Below are positions 1-11,988 of a DNA stretch of 64,000 nt, in pieces. Where the stretch lies: the NCBI GenBank assembly GCA_037447605.1, contig CM074811.1:248001-312000 (forward strand), in the 5' to 3' direction. This stretch comes from Zygnema circumcarinatum SAG 698-1b. Taxonomy: Eukaryota; Plantae; Zygnematophyceae. How positions within the stretch are numbered: the first letter of the stretch is position 1; every line of letters starts with the position of its first letter. The position numbers and the translations under genes were made by a program. Under the pieces are notes generated by a model. It did not search any database and had not been told where the DNA came from. It saw nothing but the letters and a program-made list of their open reading frames with translations.

Positions 1-390
1 GAGGGTGGAAGAGCCCTTCTTCATGGTGCAGAAGGAGTNNNNNNNNNNGCGACCTCGTACACCCTGTTAATGAAAGCAGTCTGGCCGGCGCCGGAGCCGA
101 CGGAGAGGTAATCTCCGATGGAGCCCTGGCCGAGGCCGGCAATGTTTGCAGCCAAGTCGGTGGCCTTCTGCACAATCTGCAGAGAGAACACGAATTGACA
201 GAAACGCTCAGTATAACGCGGAGACCACGTCAACCGGAACCCAGCGATGTGGTGGAAATAATCCCCACCGCGGCGGTACTTCCAGACCACTCACCGGCTG
301 GACGGAGCTGGCTCCTCGGATCTGGATGGTGCTCGCCTGGGCGGCGGCGGCGGAGAGGAGGATGACGGTGGTGAACACAAGGGCGGCCAT
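1..390 (-). CDS. Secreted PstS/DING-like phosphate-binding protein (5' part only; runs into a gap and off the window edge)
   Basis: Exon 1 is 390-295, followed by a GTGAGT...TGCAG intron (294-177) and exon 2 from 176. Spliced product: MAALVFTTVILLSAAAAQA|STIQIRGASSVQPIVQKATDLAANIAGLGQGSIGDYLSVGSGAGQTAFINRVYEV. It has a signal peptide and motifs resembling the PstS/DING N-terminal GA(S/T)xxxP and YxxxGSGxG motifs. TATA-like CTATAAAA at 480-487 on the minus strand. Confidence 0.6.
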
Positions 391-551
391 GGCTCCTGAG
401 TGAGTAGGCGGCAGAGGAGGAGTGGGAGTAGTGGGAGCGGTGAGTGCTTGAGTGCTGACCTCTCAGCGCGCTGCGGCCGTTTTATAGCGACTGCCGCCGC
501 CAGCCGCCCGCCCGGCGGGGCCCGCCATCGCCGCCTGACGGGCCTCCCCGC

Positions 552-866
552 TGTTGAGAATCCGACATTCTCAGTTTTGTCGTACTATTTTGTCGTTTTC
601 CCAGCCACGTGTACTTACACCTGGCTGTCCTTTTAGCTTGTACTTTCTCTGTTAGTTTAGTTGTGCTTTTGCGGCTCTGTGCTTACACCTAGCCGCCCTT
701 ACTCAGGCTAGTTCCACACTCTTTTGTCGTGTAGCTCTAGCCGCAATGTATATAAAACAGATTAGGACATTGTACTTTTTACCACGTTAATCACACATCT
801 GTTTTTGTGTCAACTCTCTCTGTCCTCACTTTTGATCGTACAATGTCCACTCCGTCTTTTTCAATA
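552..866 (+). repeat. 5' LTR (TG...TA)
   Basis: Appears identical by eye to 5010-5324. Contains TATATAAA near 748 and a G-box GCCACGTG near 604. Confidence 0.95.
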
Positions 867-3800
867 GGTTATGGGCCCACTCATGCCTCAAATGCGCTTG
901 AAAAATTTGATGGGACAAACTGGCACGACTGGAAGTTTCAGTGCTTGCAGCTTTTTGAGGAAGAGAATCTGTGGTCTGTCGTTATTGGTCTAGAGACCTG
1001 TCCTTTGCCACTTCCCTCCACCGCCGACGCGGCCGCCTTGGCTGCACGCGCGAAGGAGATCGCCGATTGGACAAAACGCGACAAGAAGGCGTTTCTCCGC
1101 ATCACACTCGGCATTCAGCGCAGTCTCATCGGACACGTCCGTGACGCCACCAGCTCCCACGACGCTTGGACTCTTCTGACCAATGCGTACGAACCTCGGA
1201 AGTGGTCTCACAAACTCCGTTTGCGGCGTGCCTTCACTAACTGCGTAAAGGAATCCTCTGAAACCATGCTGACATATACTGACCGCGTCAAATCCTTTGC
1301 TAGACGGCTTCGCAGCATTGATTGCGTAGTTCATGATGATGAGATCATCTGTAATCTTTTAGGCGGGCTGCCCGACTCTTTCCGGTCCTTCATCTCGTCC
1401 ATTGATGCTGCCTCGATCTCACTAACCGTCGCTGATCTGACCGACCTTCTTTTGAACGAGGAGGAAAAAGATTCCACCCCCTCCAGATCCTCCCACGCGT
1501 CCGCGCTTTTCGGATCTGGTCCTCCACCGCCCAAGTCTCCTGGCGCCCTCTTTTGTCGGTATTGCAANNNNNNNNNNCCTTTCTGGCCGCGGACCCTTTT
1601 GGGTATGACCCTTCTCTCCCTGACTCCACTTGGCTTATTGACTCGGGTGCCTCCCATCATCTAACTTTTCGTCGTGACTGGTTCTCTCGGCTCTCTCCCC
1701 TCCCTCTCCCCATGACCATTTTCTTAGGGGATAACCGCTCCTTGACTGCCACGCATGTCGGCCAGGTTTCCACTCTAATTGACGGCCAGCGCTTCATCAT
1801 CGATGACGTCTACCTGGTGGATGGCCTCGCGAAGAATCTGTTTTCAGTAGCCTCCATCCTGATTTTAGGCATTTCAGCTCTTTTTAGGCCAGACGGGGTT
1901 ACTTTCTTCACCCCAGACGCTGTAGTTGGGCACGGCCGCAAAACCGGCCGCTTGTTTTCCCTTACATCTTTTGCAGCCTCCCTTGGGCACGCCCATGCTC
2001 ACACCACTGACCCCCCCCTTACCTTTGCTCGGTGGCACCTCCGCTTTGGCCACCTTGCTGAAAGTAGCCTCCTCAGAACTCTCGGACAGGGCTTAGTGTT
2101 AGGTTTAGACTCTTTCTACCGACAAGTTAGATTTTTGTTCAGGCTGTATTCAAGGAAAAATGACCAGATTGCCTTTTCCCTCAAGCTCCACCCTTGTCTC
2201 TGAGCCTCTGGCACTCATTCATTCTGATGTCTGTGGCCCTATGCGTGATGTTAGCCTCGGCGGCGCATCATACTTTGTCACTTTCATTGACCAAGCGACT
2301 CATTTTTCCCATGTTTTTCCCATCGCTCACAAGTCTGACGTTTTCTCCCGCTTCCAAGAGTTCAAAGCCCGTGCAGAGACCCTTCTCGGTCGCCGCATCA
2401 AGACCCTTCGCACTGATAACGGCGGCGAGTTTATGTCCACCGCCTTCTCCAAATACCTTCGCCTTCACGGCATCACCCATCAGACTACCGCTCCCTACAC
2501 CCCCCAGCAAAATGGAGTCGCCGAGCGGTTTAACCGCACCATTCTCGACATGGCTCGCTCTATGCTTCATTTTGCCGACCTCCCTATGGCCTTCTGGGCG
2601 GAAGCCATCTCCACGGCCACTTACCTTCGAACCTTCCCACCTCTGCCCCTTCCTCACAAAGACTCCCTACTTAGGCCCGCAGGCTGCAAGCCCTCCCGCC
2701 TCCCACCTCCTCAGATCTTTACGCGTAGGCCCCGTACAAAGACTTCGTCCAGTCGTTCGGCAAATGGGGACCGCGAATGCACGCTGCATTTTTCTTGGCT
2801 ACGCTTACGCCCAAGGCCTATCAGATTCGGTGTTGTAGCGACAAATCAATTGTACTTTCGCTACGACGCCGCGATTTAATGAGGCTCTCGCGCGTTTATT
2901 CAAGCACCGCACCACGAGCACCCGCCGACTTCCTCCCCGTCGAATTCCAATCTTGCGCCGTACGATTCCCCCACCTACGTGACCGTGGGATATCATTCAC
3001 CTCCCCCCCCCGCGGCCGCTCCCCCATTGGCCGCCGACATTCCTTTTGTCCCCCCCCCGGTCGCCGCTCCCCCTTCCCCTCCCTTCGGTGCCCCCGCGTC
3101 CCCCTCCGTCGACCCTCCTCCCCCCGCCCCCCCCCCCTCCCCCTCGTCCTCTCTGCTCGACCCTACCCCTTCTGTTCAGAGGGAGATTTCAACCTCACCC
3201 GAGCCGGACGCGACCCCTCCCCTCCACCTACGCACCTCCCCCTCCCCTTTTCCCCCTCAGGCCTCCCCGCCTACCTGACCCTCCCCTTCACCGCGCCTCC
3301 CTGCCACCCTCAGCCTCCTGCACCCCTCCCTCCGCTCCCCCGCCCTGCTCCCTCACACGCACTCGAGATCGGCGACCCACGTGGAAAATTATCGACACTG
3401 CCGCCCATGCCCTCCTCTCCTCCGCCATGGCCTTCATCGCCTCCTCGTCTGCCCCCCCTACTTTTGCTGCCGCCCTTCGCACCCCTGACGCAGCCCTCTG
3501 GAAAGCTGCCGCTGATGCTGAATTCCTCTCCCTTCAGAAAAACAACACCTGGGACCTTGTCCCCCTCCCACCCGGTCGTCGCGCCATCGGCTCTAAATGG
3601 GTATTTAAAATCAAACAAAAATCCGACGGCTCGGTTGACCGCTATAAAGCCCGTTTTGTAGCCAAGGGGTTCTCTCAGCTTGAAGGCATCGACTTCACCG
3701 AAACTTATGCCCCGGTGGCCAAATTCACCTCCATTCGCGTCCTCCTTGCTCTCTCCGCCACCCACGATTGGGAAATTCACCAGATGGATGTCAAAACCGC

Positions 3801-5002
3801 ATTCCTCTACGGGGACCTTCAAGAAACGATCTTTATGCGCCAACCCGACGGGTATGTCACTCCCGGCACCGAACACCTCTTCTGCCGCCTCAACAAATCC
3901 ATCTACGGCCTCCGGCAAGCACCACGCGTCTGGAACCGCACTTTGGATGCTGTCCTTCTTGCCAGCGGCTTCACTCGCATCGACGCCGATTTCAGCATCT
4001 ATCTTCGTGGCCACGGTCAGACCCTCACCATCCTTGCCGTTTACGTTGATGACCTCATTATCTGTGGTCCCTCCCTTTCCCCCATTTCGGATGTCAAAAC
4101 AGCTCCTTCGCAGCCATTTTGACATGACGGACCTCGGCGAACTGCAATGGTGTCTCGGGATTCACGTCATTCGAGATCGGGCTGCTCGGACCCTTCACCT
4201 CAGTCAGGAAAAGTATGTTTCCGATCTCCTTGACCGTTTTGGGATGGCCGCTTGCAACCCCATCTCCACCCCCCTGGACGCCCACATTCACCTTACCTCC
4301 CTTGTGGCTGGCTCCCCCGACCCCACGGAGCATGCCACTTACCGATCCATCGTGGGATCCCTTATGTATGCAATGTTGTGTACCCGGCCCGACCTAGCTG
4401 CCGCCGTCGGGCAGCTCAGCCAATACCTTCACCGCCCCTCTTCTGCTCACTTCAGCGCTGCCAAGCGTGTCCTTCGTTACCTTCAGGGCACCAAGGCCCT
4501 GAGCCTTACCTTCTCCTCTGGCTCCCCCACCCTCGTTGGCTATTGTGACTCTGACTGGGGCAGTGACCCCGACACAAGGCGTTCGGTTACTGGCTCGTGT
4601 TTTTCTCTGGGCAGTGGCCTTATTTCATGGTCCTCTCGGAAGCAGCCTACAGTGGCCACATCCTCCACTGAAGCAGAGTATATGGCCGCCTCCACTGCTG
4701 CCAAAGAGGCTGTTTGGCTCCGATCCCTCCTCTCCAACCTCACCTTCCCTCCCCCTCACGCTACCACCGTCTTCACGGACTCTCAAGGTGCCCTTGCCCT
4801 CATGCAAAACCCCGTGCACCATCAACGTACCAAACACATCGACATTCAGTTCCACTTCACTCGGGACAAGATTGAAGACGGCACCCTTACCTTCCTCTAC
4901 TGTCCTACCGGCAAGCAGACCGCCGATTTTCTTACCAAGGCCTTACATCGGCCAGCTTTTGAGCTTCACCGCTCTTCTGCCGGACTCCACACTTTCGAAT
5001 GA
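843..5002 (+). CDS. Copia gag-pol polyprotein (split across frames, with a 10-N gap)
   Basis: Gag FDGTNW with a CRYC knuckle start; protease WLIDSGASHH; GAG-pre-integrase WHLRFGH; integrase HSDVCGP, TDNGGEF, QQNGVAER; RT KARFVAKG, QMDVKTAFL, YVDD; RNase H CDSDW, TEAEY, RTKHID. Frame changes near 2110-2160, 2640-2880 and ~4105. Confidence 0.9.
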
Positions 5003-5009
5003 GAGGGAG

Positions 5010-5324
5010 TGTTGAGAATCCGACATTCTCAGTTTTGTCGTACTATTTTGTCGTTTTCCCAGCCACGTGTACTTACACCTGGCTGTCCTTTTAGCTTGTA
5101 CTTTCTCTGTTAGTTTAGTTGTGCTTTTGCGGCTCTGTGCTTACACCTAGCCGCCCTTACTCAGGCTAGTTCCACACTCTTTTGTCGTGTAGCTCTAGCC
5201 GCAATGTATATAAAACAGATTAGGACATTGTACTTTTTACCACGTTAATCACACATCTGTTTTTGTGTCAACTCTCTCTGTCCTCACTTTTGATCGTACA
5301 ATGTCCACTCCGTCTTTTTCAATA
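5010..5324 (+). repeat. 3' LTR (TG...TA)
   Basis: Direct repeat of 552-866, preceded by the PPT and followed by the TSD. Confidence 0.95.
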
Positions 5325-7929
5325 CCCGCCGCCGCCGGTCCCCGCCCGGCCGGCCGCGTGCGGCGGCGCGGCCGGCCCGGGTCGGCGCCGCGGCATCTTT
5401 GGCCGAGGCTGCCCGGGAGAGTTTCGCAACCGGATTCTGCGAAGTTTCGAAACGTTGGCCGTCGGTGGCACGATTTAATAGGATCGGAAGGTCACCAGGA
5501 TCGATCCAAAACGATTTCGTCCTGCCCGGAACATTTCAATCTGAATCCGTCGTGTTTGTTTGGATGTACGATCAAAACGGATCGTTCGTACGCGCAACAA
5601 GCCATCGTGAATTTGCGATACGCCGCCGCCGCTAAGGACAAGAGACGCCGCCACAGGCGACAAGGGACGGCGGCGGCGGCGTTTGCCCGCCCCCGGACGC
5701 GTTCGGGAGAGCGCGGCGGCCCGAGATGGCGACGGGGCCGGTAAGAGCCGCGGCCAGACCTGCCGCGGGGAAATGGCATCGAGAGGATTATTCCTTCGCT
5801 GTTTGAAGCATCGAAAGAGCTCGTTCTCGCTCCTTTGAGCGTGGTGTGCCCACCGCACTCATCGGAGCTTTGTTCAGATATGGCTCGGATCGAGGGGCCG
5901 GGGTGGGGACCGGCTTTGGAAGGTGCTCGACATGTTGGCGGTGTCGTCAAGTTACATTCATAAGTAATAAGCGTCTGCACAACTGTGGCATCGTGCTGGT
6001 TACTATGTGAAGCATGGACTGCGATTGGTTCCATGACGATAATATTGGTCGGTTGCTTTCATTGTCGATTTTGTCTGTTGGGACGTGAGCGAAGGTGACC
6101 ATAATGTTGTTTTTCCGATTGGTGAAGTGCGAGCCTGACACAGGCAGGCGCTTCAGCGGAAGGCACGGTTCTGAAATTCTCTGCAAGGCCATTGCGCCCT
6201 GCATGAGCATGTGCTGTTTTGTACATGCGATGAACTCCGTTGCAGAGTAGCAGAGCACAGCAAATTGGGGGCAAGGAGTGGCGTTGATCTTACTGACGAC
6301 GGCGAATTGGCGATGTCATCAATAAGCGACGAGCTGAAATCTGCTTCTACGGCAAGCTCACTTCTAGCGCCGGAAATTTGCGGCGAACCGCGACCTCGAC
6401 CGGCGGTCACCGCGGTCGACGGCTGCTCGGCAGCAGCGCTGATTGTACCGCCACGTGGCAGCGGGCGATTGGATAAAGGCCATCCAATACTGTCGAAATG
6501 TCGCGACACGTTGCATAAGCCGCTGACATGGTAGTCAAGTGACAGCCGCGTGGGCACCACGTCGGCAGAATTGGCCCTCATGGAAGCCGGAAACGCGTCG
6601 CACACAACGCCAAAACGCTGCATGGAGCCCCGCCCTCGCCATCGCATGTAAATAAAACAGGAGCAGATCCACAGGAAGTTTTCGCAAGTTTTTATGATCT
6701 TAACATGGCGCATGCGAAATCTGACCTTGCAAGGCTTCTAAGGTACGACTTTTGGGTTTAGAGGGCTAGGCTGCTAAAGCCCTGTTGCAACTACCTTGGA
6801 AAACCCATCAGCGTCCGTCCACGAGGATCTGAAGCAGTGTTGCCCAGAGCTATCTTCGGAGCCCAAATGTCAGATAAAACCCAGGGCCCTTCGATTTCGC
6901 CATTTTTTCTCAAGGGCGGACCCGGACGCGACCATTGAAGAGCCGGCCAGTCTTGGTCGGACGGTCGATATCGTTGAGCTGGTCAGATGGGTTTGACCAA
7001 CCGACTAACGCAATTGCTGACATGACACATGCTGGAATGACAGCGGCCGTAGTCGACTGCTTCTCCCTGATGCAATCCATATGCTGCCATAGGATATGGA
7101 CATATTTTTTGTTTGAAGTCATTTTTAGTTGCATATAATTTGTTGGATATGATCTAAAGGCATGGAGCACAGACAATTCTCCAGCGCGTCCATTGCTGCG
7201 GTAGAGCACTATCCTGCGTCAGTGTGCGACCATCTTTCAACATATGGACAAACACTAGGGGTGGAAGTCCATATGGATGGCGACCTTCAGCGCATTTTAC
7301 CACCACAGAACTCCACTTAGGACCAAAAACTTCCGTGTCAGCCACTGATCCCCAGACGCCCCTTAAGAATACCCTAAACCATACTCACCAACTCAGCTGT
7401 CCCTGCAGAGCATTTAAGAACTGCACCTGTAGGGAGAGGGAGAGGGAGAGGAAGAGGGAGAGGGAGAGGGAGAAGGTGGAGAGGGAGAGGGAGAGGGAGG
7501 GGGAGGGGGCGGGCGCAGGAGTGGGCGAGGGTGCGGGCACCACCCATTTAGATGATGTCAAGAGTTTGAAAAACGAAGATAATATGCAACCCCCCTCGTT
7601 TACGCCTCACGCATTCCATCAAGTCGAGCTCATTCTGTGTACCGTACCACGTCTCTATTCTCCATATTCTCTCCTGTCCTGCGTCTACTAAGAGGCAGTC
7701 TATCTATAGGTTCACTGTCAAGCATTTGCAATGCAGAACTAGAGGCAGGAATGCACATAGCGGGCGCGAGCAGTGGCAGGCAAACTGCCCACTAGGATCA
7801 GAAATCCACGAAATCTTTGTTGACGTTTCCATTCATTCCTACCGAGACACGCACTGTGGCACAAGTCTCGTCACGCGCTCTACACTTCCATGTCTGTGTG
7901 TCTTTTGCTCGTTATACCTATATAAGTAG

Positions 7930-10900
7930 TCAATTCAAGTCAACTTCTTTATTCCCACGAAGGACGGACGAACAGCAATCAAAGCTTCTCCATATCCGAC
8001 AGGATCTGCAGCCGACATCCCAGTTCATGTCACGAGGGAGCAAAGAAACGGCATCCTCAACTCCCCTTCCATTTTATTACTAGCAGAGAGGCATTGCAGA
8101 CATAGCTTACCATACAAAATTCGATTACATACAAAATTCCACCAAAAGTTTTTTTTAACAATGGACCGATGAACAAAATTATAAGTTAAGCGAATATGAC
8201 GAGAGACTATGGAAGAAGCACAACTTGCTGATCTTGGAACAGTCTTAACATGCAAACAAAGCGGGATAAGAAGCAATTGATTTTCAGGAACTGGCCATTG
8301 CAGAGGGAACAATGCATAAGTCATAGGATGCCACTCACCCCCATCCTCCACCATAACCTTGACTACTTCTCCAGCGTGCTCCGACTGCAGATTGCGATTC
8401 AAAAGAGCAAGTCAGCTCCCTGGCAGACTCTTCCCTCTCTAAGACCCATTGGAGAAAGGTCACACGATTGAGAAATCGAGCAAACGCGCAGATTATAACT
8501 GACTGCCTCTCCTCCCTCCTGCCACTGGCTATTTTCACAAACGTTCAGATCCTCTTGAATTGTTCTCAGAAACTGGCTTCCACCTAAGGCTCTGTCCACA
8601 CTCACAGAACCAGCACTTATCTCCATTCGTCTGTGGCAGATGCTTGAGGGAAAATTGCAAAGGGAGAAGGTGGGGAAGAGAGGAAAGAGAGGAGTACCTC
8701 AACTGCAAGCTGAGTGCCAAGCTGTTCCAAGTAGCACACAACTTGTCCAGCTTTTACCTCCACACCCTGCATTTAAGAACCAGGTATAATTCAATCACAT
8801 TAAGCTTGCAGTCACCAGTTACATGGAAACTTGACATAGCCTTCCGTACAAGACATTGCTTTTCCTCACGAAAAAGCAAAACTAAGCTTATCTCGTTCTT
8901 AAGTACAAAATGTTGAAGTAAAATATGAAGAAATTGCGAGCAGGTGAACATATTTTGATGTCCCACTTTTGATGAAGCTATAAAACCCTTTTGAGACCAA
9001 TCTTCCTGCAGGAAGTCTACCTTTGAAAGAGCCCTCAGCATCAGAGACCTCAGGTTTCACTGTCATGATGTTTCGCTAATGTTCATTTCTGGAGACGGCA
9101 GTGACTGGCATTCGTCAATTATTCACTTCACGCTATTCACCAAGTTGGGTTTCAAATCCAGGATCTTGAAACCCTCACCTCAGTTACCATCGGCCGCCCA
9201 TGCTTGCCCTTGTAAAAACGCCCTTTCCTAAATATGCCCACCTGCACAGAACTTCGCGCATTTTTCCGCGACGTCAAACACTTCAAACGTAGATCTTCCT
9301 TTCCTCCGCTCATTTTTAAATTGGCTGAAAAATCATTTTTCAAAGGATTTTAGAAGCTGCAGTTTAAACAAAGACTAATTTCACAATAACTAGCACTGGC
9401 CTATCGGCGTACTAATAATCAAGCCTCCAAGTTCCATGTCTGTCGCAAACAAGAAACCGCAACGTAGGCTGATGATGCATTGCATGTCGTGCGGAAAAAA
9501 CGGAGAAGGCAATATCCTTGTCAGTGGACGTCTTCCCATTATCAAAAAACTTCCAACCTATCGTGAAAAACAGACTCATTCCTACCTTTGGGGAACTGAC
9601 GAATGCGAGTCCCTCATCCACTTCTTCCTCATCCTCCTCCACCACTCTCTTTGGGGGCGCAGGTGCTGCAGGGATCGAGTTGATCATTGGAGGACTTGGC
9701 ACCGGTGGTGCAACTGCCACTACACCAGCTACGGCTCTGCTCGCCTTGCCTCCCACATCTCTCCTCACATGCAGCTCGAAGCTTCCAACCTGATAAAAAA
9801 ATAATGGATTCAAATGAGAACATGACAAAGAGCTCAAGCTCGTCAAAAGCCCAAAAAATCAACAACGGTTACCAAAACAGCCTTTCCGTTGATGGTCATA
9901 AAACACCTGATAATTTACTTTCTTGAGTCAATCTAGCACTTCACTAATCGAAATCCTAACACTTTGATCACCTTCGCTCATGTCACAGATAAAGAAGGTG
10001 ATAAAAGTTTACGACTAATATCGTCATGATGAAAACAATCCCATTCCCTGTTTCACATCGATAACAAGATGATGCTACAGTTATGCAGACGTTTTATTTA
10101 TGAATATAACTAGATGAAACTAACAAATTTTAGGCAACTGTCAAAGCCAGTCTTCAGCCTCACGATACTAGGTATATCTGAACAAGTTTCCGATATGTGT
10201 GGTTGGCACAACACACTCAAGGTTTGTGTGCTTTCCAATACTACAAAGTAGAGGTATAATCATCTATATGATAGGAAACAAATGCCGTATTTTTCACATT
10301 GCAACATAAATCGTAAATCCCTTGAAACTTTCCATGCGCTAACTGCAGGTCAACTTTCTCCTCATCTTACTGAACTAGTGCCTTTAAGCCTTCACAGTCC
10401 TTCATTAGGGTGTCAAAGCACTGAAAAAGTCTGAAATAGGAGGTGAAGTGTGCAAATGATCTCTGAGCAAAGTAGCAGGGGTCGAACGCACGCATACCTT
10501 TAGTTGAACTTCTGCAATATTTGTCTCATCACATAACTCCATGAGCAGTGATTGGATCTGCAATACACATTCAACCACTATTTAACAATTCCCTCGGCAT
10601 GCATTGGTACTATCGTGAAACTCGTGAAATGCAGCCAAGAAAACAGAAGAAACCAATACTTGTCTCAATGGCCAATGAAACGATTGTGCAATCAAGTGGT
10701 TCAATCCAATACCCGAACATGGATAATCAAGCAGGTTCTTTCCTTTGCAAACAATGCATTCTTGTACGTATAACAAAAAAACCTTGTGCTTGCGCGTTAT
10801 AGTCCTTAGTGGGAGAGCAAACCTCAAACGCGTTGGGAATCGGAGTCTCATCATCGTCTTCCTCTTCTGGCTCCTCTACGACCTCGTCCTCCACTTTGTC

Positions 10901-11046
10901 TGACAAGGTCAATTCTGTCGCCAATTCTGACAAATTTCAGAACATGCCCCCCTTGAATTCCCATTCACGTAGGCTTTACTGTGACTATGCAGACACAAAC
11001 GCTAAAAAAAAAGAACCGAGACGTTCAGTATCTAGAGAGATCTTGA

Positions 11047-11090
<44 letters not shown>

Positions 11091-11988
11091 AGGAAAGATA
11101 GGTAGAGAACTAGTCTAGTTATTTGAGAAGTTTGAGAGTTGTTTGAGAAGACTACTAACTAGCGTTTTTATCAAGAAAGACAGGGTCAAGGTGAAACACA
11201 AGCTTAGATTGCAAGCGTGATAAAAGATAAACTTAGTGCACGGTCAGACATAGACACCCAGATGACCGCGACAGAGCTAGAAGTTTTAAAGAAAGGCTTC
11301 CGAGCCGCAAGCAAAGAGACGGGGTAAAACTGGTTCAAGACACACATGCACTCCATTAATACAAAAAAGTCCATAGAAGACAATTCGCAAATGACAGAAG
11401 ATACAAGACAAGCTCTGCATGGGAATAACTGCAACCATTTTGTGACAGTAGTTGAAAGCAGATACTCTTTTGCAATTTAGAATGAGGCAAGTGCTATTAC
11501 AAACGGGCTCACTTGCATCACCAGTTAGTCCGCCAAAAGGCATTCAACGAAATAATGCTTCTTTTATCGATACCACAGATGAAAGCTCCCTGGTCGTTTC
11601 TGAACAGGAGCCAACTGAGCTCTTCCACACCTTTTGTTGTGGCGACGGAGGCGACATGAAGAGGGCGGTGCTGATAGTGACTGTGATTGCTGCCGGATGC
11701 GCTTCGAGGCCTGTGAAGCGAGCGACCAGAAATTCTCAAAGTCGACTGCAACTTGACCGATTTGAACGACAAGTCGTCTTTCGAAAGGGGTCCAAGCGCC
11801 GACGCAGTGGCGGCTCTTGAAGTCGCTGACAAAGAACAGAAAAGATGTATGCATTCAGGACTGCAGGCAGCTTCAATCGAGCAAGAGAAAATCCTTGTAA
11901 TCCAAGAAGGCGAGCGAGAAGTAAACAAGCAATGCTACTAGTATCAGCTCACTGTCAAGCCAGGAAAGAAAACAGGCAGCATTGCCAT
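7930..11988 (-). CDS. BADC: Biotin/lipoyl attachment domain-containing protein (BCCP-like, plastid ACCase regulator), about 9 exons
   Basis: Spliced peptides: transit-like MAMLPVFFPGLT/ATSRAATASALG..., TPIPNAFE/IQSLLMELCDETNIAEVQLK/VGSFELHVRR...GLAFVSSPK/VGIFRKGRFYKGKHGRP/GQVVCYLEQLGTQLAVE/SEHAGEVVKVMVEDG/DPVGYGEALIAVRPSF. It lacks the biotinylated EAMK motif (has EQLG instead), which is typical of BADC. Confidence 0.88.
11045..11091. repeat. (GAAA)n microsatellite in a BADC intron
   Basis: About 11 tandem units. Confidence 0.9.

Larger units (their letters stand above)
552..5324 (+). mobile_element. Full-length Ty1/copia LTR retrotransposon
   Basis: Direct 315-bp LTRs at 552-866 and 5010-5324. 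5-bp TSD CCCGC at 547-551 and 5325-5329. PBS GGTTATGGGCCCA at 867-879 and PPT GAGAGGGAG at 5001-5009. Domain order is gag-PR-INT-RT-RH. Confidence 0.97.

Noticed and set aside
990-4855. Antisense and alternate-frame ORFs within the retrotransposon
   Set aside because: Shadow ORFs of GC-rich gag-pol coding sequence.
5744-7700. Short ORFs between the copia element and BADC
   Set aside because: No recognisable motifs or consistent splice model.
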